Shown piece after piece: positions 1-12,796 of a stretch of 64,000 nucleotides of DNA (the first letter of the stretch is position 1; every line of letters starts with the position of its first letter). Position numbers and translations under genes: made by a program. The DNA is taken from contig OZ024745.1 in assembly GCA_964016885.1 (NCBI GenBank), positions 77,252,001 through 77,316,000 on the forward strand. Reading direction: 5' to 3'. The notes under the pieces are model-generated. The model saw only the letters and a list, made by a program, of their open reading frames with translations. It did no database searches and was not told the origin of the DNA. This DNA comes from Eledone cirrhosa (lineage: Eukaryota).

Positions 1-50
1 AGTTTTATTCCTAATTTTTGGGATTTATTTATGTTACTGTGTTCGTTCAG

Positions 51-135
51 CTCCATCAGATTATGGAGAAGGTCGTTATATTACAATAGCGATGTGCAAT
101 GAAACCCTCATCTCCACAGTCCTCTATTTTGCAAG
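51..135 (+). CDS. GPR158/GPR179-like class C GPCR, internal coding exon (TM6 region); gene begins upstream of the window
   Basis: ttcag acceptor and gtgag donor. 85 nt read (A)PSDYGEGRYITIAMCNETLISTVLYFA(R), resembling vertebrate GPR158 VPSAFHEPRYMAVAVHNELIISAIF. Phase fits the next exon. Confidence 0.88.
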
Positions 136-406
136 GTGAGTTTACCTGATAAACTTAATTGAAATTAAAATGATTTTATGAGAAAAAATTAACATATGTT
201 TTATTTCTATTAAATTAAGAGACAAAGTGTATAATTCTAGATTGTTTGTACCACAACAGCTCTATGTACTGAGATCTATGTTTGGTCATCATTTTTTGAA
301 GCTTATATTTCAGTGTATTCATAAAATTTGCTTTGGAATGCATTTGAATTATGGGCTATTGATTGTCAAATGGTTCTAGTTTTAAGTCCTAATCTTAGTG
401 TTATTC

Positions 407-700
407 TTAGGTCCTCTTATGCCCTGGGGCATATTGGGCAATGAGTCTTCTCCAATTTACATGATCAGCTGCAGCATCTTGGATAGTTTCCCAGTCCAGT
501 CCAATCCTCTGGAGATCTTCTTTGAAAGATGAGCGCCAGGTGTTGTTGGGTCTCCCTTTTTTCTGCTTGCCACCAACTGGGATACATCTCATTGCCACAG
601 AGTGATTCCGGTACTCAGACATGCACAAAATGTGTCCAGCCAGTTTCAGGTGCCTTTCAGCGATGGTGTCAGTCAGTAGCCTCTGTTTACTTCTCTTTTT
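407..700 (-). mobile_element. RTE-type LINE 3' ORF fragment
   Basis: Translation RHLKLAGHILCM...GKQKKGRPNNTWRSSFKEDL...WETIQDAAADHVNWR is the typical RTE C-terminus. Confidence 0.75.
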
Positions 701-905
701 AAATACCAGCACAGTATGACAGCGGATGAAGTCCAAAAGCATCCCCTGTGGATCCACAGCAGCATTTATGTTGCTTGCAGATCCGAAGGCCAAGCTTCAT
801 GATAACACTAATGTGTTGACAGTTGTTGTACAAGTGAGTACCAGTTGACAGCAAGGCTATGCTGTTTAACCAAATGCTGATATGAGGTGGAAAAGCAGAT
901 GGCAC
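700..905 (-). mobile_element. CRE-like non-LTR retrotransposon fragment (region before the Zn-knuckle)
   Basis: WLNSIALLSTGTHLYNN...MKLGLRICKQHKCCCGSTGDAFGLHPLS resembles the CRE-clade WL.A.P...GT.LDN....LRLG..IC..H.C.CG..VD..G.H.LSC motif. Confidence 0.6.
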
Positions 906-1060
906 TGGTCAAGCAGTTGCACAAAACTGAAACTTTGTATACTGGATTGCATCCCAATTTCATTGGGGGGGGGGGGGACATCCATAGGGTGGAGGATGAA
1001 TCAGATCCAATTTTAATCTATATAATTTCATTTCTTTCTTTATTTATTTATTTATTACAG

Positions 1061-1166
1061 ACATGGACTGTGGTTGTCATTAGACCCAGATTATTTGTTC
1101 CTAATGTACTTCATGCGTTGCCAGTTAACTGTTACAGTGACACTAATCTTATTATTAGGACCAAAG
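1061..1166 (+). CDS. GPR158-like exon (TM7)
   Basis: tttattacag acceptor and gtaagt donor. 106 nt read (R)HGLWLSLDPDYLFLMYFMRCQLTVTVTLILLLGPK, matching the GPR158 TM7 motif LTVTVTIGLLLIPK. Confidence 0.9.
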
Positions 1167-1307
1167 GTAAGTTCTTAAAATGGCTAGGTTAAATTAATCA
1201 AATGTCTACTCATCATTAACGTTTTTGTTTTATTTTCTTTACTTTTATTCAAAAGATGAAAAAATATGATTTACTTTCTATGAATTCAAACAGTTGTATA
1301 AATACAG

Positions 1308-1326
1308 ACACACACACATATATATA

Positions 1327-1372
<46 letters not shown>

Positions 1373-1390
1373 CACACACACACATATATA

Positions 1391-1461
<71 letters not shown>
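1308..1461. repeat. (TA)n/(CA)n compound microsatellite
   Basis: Seen directly. Confidence 0.95.
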
Positions 1462-1465
<4 letters not shown>

Positions 1466-1683
1466 CACGCTGTAATGTGGCCGTGTAGGCAACACGGTAA
1501 AAACCTCCCAGCCCCACACTGTAAATGTGGTTGGTGTTAGGAAGGGCATCCAGCTGTAGAAAACCCGCCAGATAGTCCTATGCGAGCAAGACAATCACCC
1601 TTGCCTCAAGTGGGAAAACCCCCGTCCTAACCTATGCAAGCGTGGAACACGGACGTTAAACGTTGATGATGATGATGATGATG
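1462..1683 (+). mobile_element. 5'-truncated copy of the young RTE 3' UTR with (GAT)n tail
   Basis: Near-identical to the reverse complement of 15444-15661. Confidence 0.85.
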
Positions 1684-2329
1684 ATATATGTGTGTGTGTG
1701 AGTGCATGTTTGTGTGTGCATGTGTGTATGTATAATATCAACAGTTTTACATCCATTTTTTTTTTAAGCTGGCATGAGTCCAATGAGAACTTTTAGGCAT
1801 AATTCTATGGTCATGTAATCTTCCTGATGACAACCTTCACTTGTTTTTTTTTTTGTTTTTTATTAAATAAGTTATGGATATTTGAATGTCTAACTGCTGA
1901 ACAGCAGGGTTTTTGTTTATGTGGGACATAAACAATTATGATAGTTTGTGATGTGGAATGTGAGGAGGAGAGAAGAGACAAATAACACATATACACATGT
2001 ATTCATACATGCATATAATCATCATTTTATATCATTTAGCTCAATTTAGATGAAGATAAAATAGAAGTAATTTTAAAATTTCATACAGAGGTATTAATAC
2101 AGGAAAATATATTTCTATCAAAAGCTCATCAGCATCATTTTAATCTGCTTTCCATATTAGCATGGGTTTGACAGGTCATTACAATCTGAGACTAGACTAG
2201 TAAGAGAACCAAGTTTTGACTCTTAGATTCCACATTTGGCATTTTATAGTGGCACCAGTACTAACATTTTACAGCACATAGTAGATGTATTTTATCATAG
2301 GACCATCAGCACAAAGAAATACGAAATGC

Positions 2330-2458
2330 AATCTAGCCAGAAACAGTTCTATGTAAGCAAGTCATGGTCACCTGACCCGACTTGCCTCTAATGGGACAAC
2401 TCATCTAACCCATGCTAGCATGAAGAATGGACATTAAACGATGATGATGATGATGATG
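2330..2458 (+). mobile_element. Old RTE/SINE 3' tail fragment with (GAT)n
   Basis: ctaacccatgctagcatg...ggacattaaacgatgatg, the same tail family as 20300-20515. Confidence 0.65.
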
Positions 2459-3284
2459 TATATAGTTGTAACAAAATACCACCAGGCATTTTGTCTAACA
2501 TTACTGAATCTGCTACTTTTTTCTCATGTCACATATTTACTGGATTCCTAAACTGTGGAGGAATTTCTTAAAAAGCTAGATTCCTAATATATATCACAAA
2601 AAATCCCTTTTAAATACTGGAGACTTCTGGTATTCATGGTCCCCATACAGCTATCTGGAGATAGTTGGCCACCTACAGGAGTGAGTTGGAATGGCAATTT
2701 CAGTGCACCCTCCTCACTATTTCTCCATTCTGTCCACTGGGACAACAAGGTGATTTGTACCTGGGAGTTCTGCATGCTGGAGATCATTCTCCCACAGTGT
2801 GGGGATGTATCTCATTGGGGTAGTGATGGTATAGGTTATTGATTGTTGTTAGTCCCAGTGACTAATATAGACATATACTGTCTTCATGAATGGTGAAGAA
2901 AATATATGAAAACTGTAGTGAAAAAATATACGCAATGATGAAGAGATGCAATAGAACAAGGAAAATGTCATGGAAATATATGGACTCTAGAACTGTATAT
3001 TTCTAAAGAGCACAGTTGAAAAAATGTGCATAAGAAGTATATTAAAACTATTACTAAAAGATATAAAAGACTATTGAGCCAAAAGCAAATTTTTTTCTTA
3101 TTTTTTTTTAAGTGACTTTGTGCTGAATTATTGTCATTGTAAATATATGACAAGATCCCAGATCTCATTCGCTAGCCAAGTGAGGTGAAACTCGTCAGAT
3201 CTAACAAAGGAAACAAGGTTTGTATTGGTGTTTCCAATTACTGATACTATCTACCAGCTGCAACTCCTGGCAGAAGAAGCAACA

Positions 3285-3385
3285 TGAAATAAAATATTTT
3301 ACTGAAAGTCACAATACATTGCCCAACCCAGGAATCAAACTCACAACCGTGAATCTTACTCTCTAAACACTAAGCTACATGCCTA
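3285..3385 (-). mobile_element. Degenerate tRNA-derived SINE head
   Basis: Reverse complement resembles the 50489 SINE head (tagcttagtg...tgtgagtttgattcctgg). Confidence 0.45.
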
Positions 3386-4249
3386 CACTAAACATAGGCA
3401 TATATAACTATAAGTATGTTAAGTTTATACAAAAAGCTAAATAAAACACTTTACAGAAAAATCTCACAAGATAAACTTTGAGAAGTGATGAAAGAAATTA
3501 TAGCATTTTTTTCATTGGGTGGGGAAGAAAATGAAAATAACAATAATTACAAATTTAGAAAAGTATATATAAAAAATAAAAACATATGTCAAATTTCTGT
3601 ACAAATGCCATTTTATTCATGTTATTAGATAACAAATACTTTACATTAGATTAATTTAGGTTTTGGTAGGAAATAAATCTGCTTTTTTCTAAAGAATTTG
3701 GAGTACTGATGATCATGTTTAGAAAAATTTATATTTCAAAATAGTGACAAAAGAAATATATTTTAAAGTAAATATCTTTCATATTAAAGCAGCCAGTCAG
3801 TGGAAGGAGCCCCGTGAGGTGGGGTGGCTGTTGCAGTGGGTGTCACTGGCTATTGTCCTTGGGAATGCTTTTGCAGTGTCAATACCACCGTGCCCTAGGC
3901 ATAGAGCCTATCACCCTCCCCATTCTTCTGTGACACTAGAGCCCTTGCCTTTCCCTTCTTTTTCCGTTTTCATATCCACAAAAAACACTTGTATATTCAA
4001 TGTACCTCTACTTTGTGTAGTAAGTACTGTTTTTATTTGATTAAAGGATTATTTACAATCAATAACGATGAGTTCCAAAAACGATACAAAGAATTTTATC
4101 TATGATAGTTAGAATTATAAGAATAATGATAATAATGAAATTATTCTGGACAGTACTCAGATGCACTACAACTCATCAAAAGTGCATGAATAATGTACAA
4201 ATGTCAGGAAAGAGAACAGTGTATGAGTCATGATATACACTCAGACACA

Positions 4250-4410
4250 CACACATGTGTCGTGTGTTTGGAGAGTGAATATCAGGTGTAGTGTTGGCAA
4301 CTTTTAGAAAGAATGGAAGTTTTGAAAGATGCAGTGTCCCGACAGATTACAACTGATGCTCGTAGTTTGTTCCATGTTTCAGCAAATCCAAGCATGAATA
4401 ATTTTTTCCC
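4250..4410 (-). mobile_element. CR1-like LINE 3' end fragment
   Basis: Minus strand reads AETWNKLRASVVICRDTASFK, similar to the CR1 WNxLP..VV.....FK terminus. Confidence 0.5.
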
Positions 4411-5559
4411 CATTTTTCTAGACTTAAATATGAGAATAAAATATAAATAATTTACTGTTAAATTATATAATAAAATAAATATTTACTAATGCCATACTTT
4501 AAGAGTAAGAAAACTAGCAAAATATGTTATGCTACAATTCACAGAGAATTACTTAAATATTCAAAAATAGTAATGTTATCTTTCCCGTGACTCCTGATAG
4601 AGTCGTAGGGATGTTGTATTGACATACAGCATTTCTTGGGTATTTTAAGCCTGGTGGAGCCCATCCCTCTCCAGGCCTGAGTACAGTGGATTTCTTCCAA
4701 AGAAAGATAAAAATGAGAGAGAAGAAATGAGAAAGAAATATAGAGGAAGAATCAACCCCAATACTAGATTTGGAAAGGAATTTAAGAAGATAATACACAT
4801 TTTTTTAACTAATTCAAGAATACAAATATTATTTAAATAAGTAAAATTTTTATACATTTATACATTTTTTATAAAGACTAAACTGTGATACAAATCTGTT
4901 AGATAAGTAAAAATGTTGATGAAGGAATAGAATTTTTTTAAAAATTAATTAGTATTATATGTGAATGGTAATGAAGAGTCATAATTATTATATAAGTAAA
5001 CTTTTTATGCATTTATATAGTTTTTATATAACAGTAAACTGATATGAATCTGTTAGATAAGTAAAAGGGATAGAATTATAAATTCTTAATTAGTTTTCTA
5101 TGTAAATGGAAATAGAGAATCTATTAATTTTTACATAAAACTAAATATAGATAGAATGAGATCTGATTTTGAAGTAAGATATTTTCTGTTAAAAAAATAA
5201 TAAATAAATAACAAATTAAAATTTTTTATTTTAAATGTTAATATAATGAGTTACAAAACAAATTAATAAATCATCATTAATGAGCTCTCCTCTGTTTCCT
5301 CATCTTCATGAGTTTAAACAACACCAGATTAGCAGCTCGGTCTCATCTATTTACAGTTGAAGTACCTAAATGCAATCACAAATTCTATTCTGATAGTTTC
5401 TTCCCTCGTACATCTTGCCTATAGAATTTGTTTCTGGCTTCTTATGTTCCTCTCTACTACAATTTGCAAACATTTAAAAGCAATATCAATCGTCATCTTC
5501 TCTTTCCTTGAATTATGTTCGCTCTGTCTTGTCCTTTTCCCTTCTCAGAAACCATTTGC

Positions 5560-6050
5560 ATTTTAGTGGCTTTATTGCCATGCTTGGGGTGGGTAAATTA
5601 AAAACATTTATTTTTATATATATCTATAGGTTGGATAGGTTTTCTCCAGCACAGCATCTCACTTCTTGTGATTCCTTGTGATCTACACCATGTGGTTTAA
5701 CATCCTGAGATCTGCTTTTACAACTTCTTCTCATAACTCCCACTTCCACAGATTCTTTCTACATAAATAATTTGACACTCCTTTGCTTATATGTGTCCCA
5801 TATAGATTCATGTGCAATTTCCTCTCTTGCACACTACAACCAATTCATCTTACACACAGTTTTTCTTTCAACCCATTTATTCTCTATCATTCATACACAC
5901 TAACAATACATATCCAGTAGAGCAGACTTGTCTCCTTTCTTTCCGGACATTTAACATCCTCTGCATGCAATGCCCATTTTATACTGCCAAGTAATATCAT
6001 AGTTTGTACACAAGCATCATACAATCAGTTTTTCATTCAGAAAAAAATAT
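5560..6050 (-). mobile_element. Degenerate RTE 3' ORF fragment
   Basis: Sequence similar to the RTE C-terminal region (cf. 16050-16400), with many stops. Confidence 0.5.
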
Positions 6051-6483
6051 CTCTATACATAGTGTACTGGATACATTTTATCATAGCACCAACAACACCA
6101 CTTTCCAGTATGTAATGAGTGCATTTTATCATGGCACCAGCTCTAGGGAAGTTGACAAGTCAAAGTTTCATGCCTCTTACCCTCAGACAAAATATGGATA
6201 TCAGACAGATAATATGCTCTTTATTAAATATGTTTATTATATTTTAGGATTTATATTTTATCTGAGGATCAGAGTTTCAAAACTTTGATTGATGAGTTAC
6301 AAACATAACCACCTTAGAGAGTTTAATGGGTGCATTGTTTTTGTGATACAAGAACAACCACATTACACAGTTGACTATCAAGGCACCAATACTAACAATT
6401 TACTGGAGACACTGTGTGCATTTTATCGAGGCACTTGTACTAGAGAGGTTGTCATATGTTCAAACAGATAAGTGTTCTCTTAA

Positions 6484-6704
6484 CCCTTTAGCATTTAAAC
6501 TGGCTGTATTTGGCCAGAATTCTCTCCCCTCTTTTTGTTCAAACTGGTTGTAACCAGCTCCTCATACTTATGTTAAGGTATTGTTCTCAAAATAAATAAT
6601 ATCAGAATCTCATAGATTCCATATTTTGCAAGATAATTATGTAAGATAAAGCCTTTACTGTGTAAATACAATAGTAAATATAGAGTAATGTAAATGCTAA
6701 AGGG
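6484..6704. mobile_element. piggyBac-type MITE (221 bp)
   Basis: TTAA|CCCTTTAGCATTT...AAATGCTAAAGGG|TTAA. A second, inverted copy lies at 12054-12274. Confidence 0.85.
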
Positions 6705-7239
6705 TTAAACACTATTGTCAAACACTGTAGAGTCTGATCTCTCACCACATATACTTTTCGTGTCTCATTGCTTGTATTGGTAGGCATATCTTTTATATTA
6801 TGGCATAACATCAATCAGCTCTGTCCTGTGTCAGGTTCAGTTTCTCAATGCCATTCTTTACAACTTCGTCTCATGCTTTCCTTGACCTTCCACTTCAAGT
6901 GTTTGGCACTTTTTTTTATACAACTCTTGTTCTCATTTCGTATCACATGTCCATATCAGCACAATCAGTTTTATGTAAATTTTTCTATACTGGTATTGAT
7001 TTGATAGGACAAAGTTTGTAAAACATTTGTTTTTTATGTATTGATCTTGCATCATTATTTTTTCTTTCTTGATCCCTCTCCTATCCTTCAGCAGCAGTAA
7101 AATATGAACAATTCTTACAGATGCTGGTGATAGTATTTTTATTTTGGATGTTCAACTTTACCTTCAACAAGATAATTGGGCAGATAATTGGCTTGCCAAA
7201 TGGCCTGCCATTTTTATAAAGAATAATTCATTTTACTAT

Positions 7240-7515
7240 TGATGATGATGGTGGGGATAATGAGGACGATGATGATGGTGGTGAGGATGATAATGATGAT
7301 GGTGATGCTGGTGGTGATGATGATAATGATTATGATGGCGGTGCTAGTTATGGTGATGATGATGGTGATGATGCTGGTGATGATGACAATGATGGTGGTG
7401 GTGATGGTGATGGTGATGGTGATGGTGTTGATGATGAGGATGATGGTGATGATGATGATGGTGGTAATTGATGATGATGGTGGTGGTGGTGGTGGTGGTG
7501 GTGAGGAGGAGGAGA
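7240..7515. repeat. (GAT/GGT)n trinucleotide microsatellite
   Basis: Seen directly. Confidence 0.95.
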
Positions 7516-7884
7516 AGGAAAATGGTATTGAGATTTAAATAATTTTATATAATAAAGTTCTTATTTCATTTGAATCCCATAAAAACAGCTTCACCTTCAG
7601 TGTAGAATTACCAGTTTTCTTCATGTGCAAAGTGTTAACATAATATTCAACCACCCATGTTTCCATACATAATACATGATTATTTTGAATCACTCCCTCT
7701 CTCTCTCTCTGTATATATATATATATATATTAGTATTGCACCAAGAAAAATATAAACTTCTGCGAGAGAGGAAATTAGGAATATATTTGCTTTAACATGT
7801 TTCATATATATAGTTGGAGGAAACGACAAACAGAAGTACAAAAAGTCTTATTAGTTTCACACTTTATATGGAAAAGGGGAAAGA

Positions 7885-7925
7885 AAATTCAACATTTTGG
7901 GCTTTAGCCCTTCTTCAGGAATACA
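7885..7925 (-). ncRNA. Decayed minimal hammerhead motif (PLE pLTR remnant)
   Basis: Minus strand TTC-CTGAAGA-AGGGCT-AA-AGCCC-AAAATGTT-GAA. An ancestral CGAAACG would give CAAAATG by two CpG transitions. Confidence 0.5.
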
Positions 7926-8292
7926 AAAATAGAGACAGGTTCACAAAGAATAGATACAGAAAATAAAAGATAGTCCAAGTAAAAAAAAAACGAAAATAAA
8001 GAGAGTAAACAAGGTAGTCTTGGTAACGATATTGGAATGCAAAGTGAAGTGTGTGTGTATTAGTGTCGATATTATTTGTGAGTGCATGTGTATGGTTAAA
8101 CGTGTATTTTTTTTAAACGTTCACATGTGTATATGTATATATATATATAAGAATTAAAATACTAGAGTGTGTTGGAGTTAAACACCCTCTTCATATTATA
8201 GAAATGACAGTATAGGATATAGCTCAATGTAATTAAACAGAGCCGAAGAATTATAAAAAATAAACCAAAGAAGCCTTCAATACATCAAAAGT

Positions 8293-8347
8293 CGTTATTA
8301 GCCAACAATGTTTCGTCCTATTAAGGACTCATCAGGGCAAGTAAAGC
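8293..8347 (-). ncRNA. Minimal type I hammerhead ribozyme in 3' pLTR
   Basis: Minus strand CTTTACTTGCC-CTGATGA-GTCC-TTAATA-GGAC-GAAAC-ATT-GTT/GGCTAATAA. Confidence 0.8.
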
Positions 8348-9825
8348 TACAAGAAGCACTATCGGCCAATACAAGCCAAAAACTCAGAAGAATATGGAGT
8401 ATACATCTATTAAAGCATAGGAAAGATATCAAGGAAAAGTTGTCTAAGATTAAGAGTGAGCAGTTACAAACATAGATATGGACCAAATAGCAAGGAAGTG
8501 ATTAACATGTTGAACCCACACTGCAAATATTGTATAATGTAAAAACTTGAAACACAAATGGTAATATAATGCGAGTATAATATAATATAATAGATGGTGA
8601 TAATAAAAATCTTAATATATGTATATATATACATATATCTCTATACATATACACATTAGTACAAATACAAACTAACACTTATTAAGTATTTAAATATATA
8701 TATATATATTGTTTACAGTATAATATAATAAAGATAAAAATAAGAATAAAGATAAAAATAAAAATAAAATATAATATATAATTCCCTGTCAGTGTGCATA
8801 AACAATATAGAAACATTATAATAACATTATAATAACAATATTATAATATATTGGCATCAAAAGATATACAAAATTACATCATACATATAATTTAAGGTTA
8901 ACAAATAGTATAAAGTTTTACACAGGGTAAGAAAAAATCATATAGAACTAAATTATGTTGAAAAAATTGTGTTGAAAAAATATCTATACCATTGTAACAA
9001 ATACACGGAGGTCAAGTCATTTTACATTGGCATAAATATTACCAAAATATCACAAAATATTACAAAATATATTTACGTGGTTGACATACAGACATATATT
9101 AATGAAATTACATGGTCAGACAAACAGCGTGTGGTAGTAAAAAAATAAATTAAATAAACGGAAGATCGAAAAACAAAAACAAGTATATTTACTTAGGTGT
9201 CACAAGCGGTTAAGTAAAAGAAAAAAGATAGAAATGTAGACCAGAGAGTTGACTAGAAAAACCTTTTTAAATTAATTAATATTAAAAGTATTTAAAATAC
9301 ATATTTAATCACTTTAAAATTGGCTATTGTTTAAGTCATCAAAACCGTATAAGTTTAAGATATCTCAATAAAATTATCAAGAATAGAGTAAAATATTCTT
9401 CGTTCAGTCGAATAACGTTATCAAATAAAAGGACTCTAAATAGAACTATGGTAGACCAATGGGAACAGAACGAAGAGAGGTTATGGAGGATAGGAAGGAG
9501 CATAAAATTAAAATCAATATATTATATAATATCATAAAAGGAGCATAAAGGTGAAATTTATATATAGTGTAATAGAAGGGGCGGATATTAAGTGTGTAGA
9601 GGAGGAGGTACATTAGTTGAATGAGACTCCAACCAAAGTATTTAATAAGATATAAACCCATAAGGTGTTAGTAGTGAAACTATAATAATGCTTAAGACGA
9701 TAGATAGGGTATGGTAGCCAAAAGACTATGGAAACTAAAATCGAAAAGTTGTAAAAAGACTAATAATAATAAAGATGATGGTAATCAAAATGAACCTAAA
9801 CAAAAAAGATAAGGAAATATAGCAG

Positions 9826-11670
9826 CTAATGGATACGATTTAAACTACCAGAACTTTTAGGTCTATAATAGAAGAAAGAATTAGAAATGGCATGGGGGCA
9901 TGAAGAAAATATCTCAGACTTTCTATTAAGCAAAACTTCCCTAGAGAAAATTATAGAGTGGGTCTCTAGGATACAGAGATTACAGAATTTAGTGTGTGTT
10001 GATAGGTTATTAGAGCGTGCTACTATACGCCAATTAAGGCTATATGGCATGCCTGCCCCTTTAAGATCCCAGATATGGTGTGCTAAAGAAGTAGAGTTCT
10101 TAAACTTAACATGCTTAAAATTAGAGATATGAGAATTAAACCTAGTTTTAAAAGTATTTGATGTGGAGCCTATATATGTGCTATTAGAAGAATCAGTCTT
10201 AACTTCACAAGCATAAACAATGTTCCTAGAGAGGCAGTGACCATTTAAAGGGCAGTTAATACTTACTCTACAGTTACACTTCCTGGTGCTATTTACCGGC
10301 TGAATAAGAGATGCATCACTTCTAGGGTTATTATAAGATAAGGTCTGCTCAGGTGGTAAGGCATTAATGGATCTATCAAGACTAGTAGTACGCAAAGAGG
10401 AGTAGCTGTCCCTAATTTTCTTATTGTTAGTGCTAGCTAAATGAGAACTAATATTAGGGGTGGTAGAGAATGATAGTTTAATTACATTTTTATTAAAAAT
10501 ACCATGGTATTTATTAGTAGGAGGGAAATTTTTCTCTAAGATAGAAAAGAAAGACCTAGGGATGTTAGTTAATACTTCATGATCATAAGGCGGGTTAAAA
10601 TAAGTATTGAGTCTCCTCCTATTTCTATCCTTACCAACTCTACCGTTATCCAGTATCCCACTAATAGGATCAGGGTTACGACGAGGACTAGTTGAAACAA
10701 CATTATTAGAAGCAGCCAAAACCCTATTGAGTCTCCTTCTGTTTCTATCTTTAGTATATCTACTGTTATCTGGAATCATATCAATAGGATTAGGGTTACT
10801 ACCAGGATCAGTTGAAACAACACTATTAGAATTAGTAAAAACATTACCACTGGGTGAGCGATCAGAGTGCCTAACTTGTTCCCTAGAACTAATCCCGGAA
10901 AGTGTACCATTAGACTCACTATTACGATTACGGTAGCTTAACCTATGGATGGGTTCGGATACACCTATGGGATTTCTACGATTCTTATGCTTTCTACTCC
11001 CATTCATGGCCATATTATGGGAAATTACGTTATTATTATTATGGGTAAACAGACTTTCTAAGGTTGTTCTCATTATAACGTATTTTACCAGAGTAACCTG
11101 AGTTAGCTAGGGCATTATTATAGTACTCTGCATGTGAATTAAATATTCCTATATCCTTAGAGAGTGTGGAAATGCTATTAAATACACCGTTAATTATAGA
11201 GCTAATCATAGATTTGGGTGGTTAGAATTGGGATTAACATAAGAGAGTATTTCATTAGGCTTATGGAAGGGTTTATAACTATTAGTGACCAAGTCCAAAG
11301 TCACATCTAAAAAGTTGACCGCTCTATCATTTCTATCAATCGTGATCGAAAGGTTAAAACTTTTTAAAAATTTATAAAGTTTCTTCCTATTATGCTCAAT
11401 ATTGTTGATGCTAGAGTTTATTACAAACAATGCATCGTCACGATAAAGTCCGCCTTTAAGGTGCGGAAAGGTAACATACAGTTCATTAAGGAGGAACAGC
11501 CCAACAAGATCAGTTACCTGGGCCGAATCACTCGAACCCATTGTAACGTCGAAATTATTGGGTGTGTTTTTACACGTCCAAAGTGTATCCTCGAATTTGA
11601 TGATAGTCCTACGGGCTGCTAGTATAACATCAATCTGTGGTCGTGTAAGGCTAGACACTCGCATGGCCAT
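9826..11670 (-). pseudogene. PLE RT + GIY-YIG endonuclease ORF, 5'-truncated, two frameshifts
   Basis: ORF 11206-11670 (RT), an intervening frame MISSIINGVFNSISTLSKDIGIFNSHAEYYNNALANSGY (about 11075-11209), then ORF 9826-11073 (linker + GIY-YIG). Confidence 0.85.
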
Positions 11671-11775
11671 AATTAAGGCTTTATTAAGGCTTTATTAATT
11701 AAGGCTTTATTAATAGATGTATACTCCATATTCTTCTGAGTTTTTGGCTTGTATTGGCCGATAGTGCTTCTTGTA

Positions 11776-11830
11776 GCTTTACTTGCCCTGATGAGTCCTT
11801 AATAGGACGAAACATTGTTGGCTAATAAAG
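11776..11830 (+). ncRNA. Minimal type I hammerhead ribozyme in inverted pLTR
   Basis: CTGATGA (11788), stem II GTCC/GGAC, GAAAC-ATT-GTT; imperfect stem I CTTTACTTGCC/GGCTAATAAAG. Confidence 0.8.
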
Positions 11831-11878
11831 ACTTTTGATGTATTGAAGGCTCTTTTGGTTTATTTTTTTATAATTTTT

Positions 11879-11931
<53 letters not shown>

Positions 11932-12053
11932 CAATTTAATAAAGAGAGATAAATGCAGATAAACACATCTGTGTTCAGATTATAAGGGACCAGAATTCGC
12001 TAGGTTGAATAGTATACTAACTATAAACAAAACGGTCTGCCAGACTCAATTAA

Positions 12054-12274
12054 CCCTTTAGTATTCACATTACTCTATATATACTATTATATGTTCATGG
12101 TAAAGCCTTTACCTCGCATAATTATCTCACATAATATCAAATCTATGAGATTTTGAAAGTATTTATTTTGAGAACAATACCTTAACATCAGTTTGAGCGA
12201 CCAGTTACAGCCAGTTTCAACAGAAATAAGGTAGAGAATCCTGGCTGGTTTTGGCTGGTTTGAACATTAAAGGG
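12054..12274. mobile_element. piggyBac-type MITE, second copy (inverted relative to 6484)
   Basis: TTAA|CCCTTTAG...TAAAGGG|TTAA; internal sequence is reverse-complement similar to 6484-6704. Confidence 0.85.
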
Positions 12275-12378
12275 TTAAAAGAAAAGATCAAGAAAAAACA
12301 AACCGTTTGTGATAACTATCGATATGTGTGTGTATATATATATATATATATCTTACGATCTTGTTCCTTCTGTTTCAG

Positions 12379-12558
12379 TTATGGTATGTTCACCGTCCCC
12401 CAGATGAGGAACATATTCGACAGAGAGCATATTCACAGTCTGACGTCCATGACAGTATAGCACAAGAAACAATGAAACTCAACATAGGAATTTCTTCCAA
12501 TGGGGATGTGGATGTAGGAGAAATCAATCTGGCTGACATGGATCCAGAAGATATTAGA
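12379..12558 (+). CDS. GPR158-like exon (proximal cytoplasmic tail)
   Basis: tgtttcag acceptor and gtgag donor. 180 nt, phase 0: LWYVHRPPDEEHIRQRAYSQ...GEINLADMDPEDIR. DPEDIR is a GPR158-family motif. Confidence 0.9.
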
Positions 12559-12796
12559 GTGAGGAGAAACTCCATTTCATCCTTTGTTGTTTTGGTTTTC
12601 ATTTCTCTTCTCTCTTTTTTTTTTTTTGTTTTAGGTTTAGTCAGCCTAGAGATTAAAAACTCTTTTACATCTTCAGCCATCAATTGATGGAGTGATTAGA
12701 TCATCATATTTAATGCCTTACAGTATTTGTTCCAGCTCTCTACTCTGAATACAAATTTTGCAAAGGCTATCATTGCTTTTCATTCTTAGTCTAGAG

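Larger units (their letters stand above)
8149..11885 (-). mobile_element. Penelope-like element (Naiad-type), 5'-truncated, with inverted pLTR, flanked by (TA)n
   Basis: RT motifs TMGSSDSAQVTDLVGLFLL, GLYRDD, VNFLDVTLDL; YFNPPY; CNCR..CPLNGHCL; GIY-YIG IVY...YIG; CNLCILE. Inverted repeats 8249-8412 and 11709-11875; TA runs on both sides. Confidence 0.92.

Noticed and set aside
407-793. 128-aa ORF as a single protein
   Set aside because: Chance read-through from a CRE-like fragment (different frame) into an RTE 3' fragment.
887-1192. 101-aa ORF overlapping the TM7 exon
   Set aside because: The GPR158-like exon is read in another frame; this ORF is incidental.
3155-3205. Hammerhead-like words (GAAACTCGTC on +, CTGACGA on -)
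   Set aside because: Neither strand has both core halves with a paired stem II.
4836-5125. Diverged ~155-bp direct repeat
   Set aside because: Real but old and AT-rich, with no interpretable structure.
7239-7538. Met/Val-rich 99-aa ORF
   Set aside because: Translation of a (GAT/GGT)n microsatellite.
9826-11670. Selenocysteine recoding in the Naiad-type ORF
   Set aside because: The conserved Cys positions are ordinary Cys codons, and the TGA at 11206 follows a frameshift rather than lying in a continuing frame.
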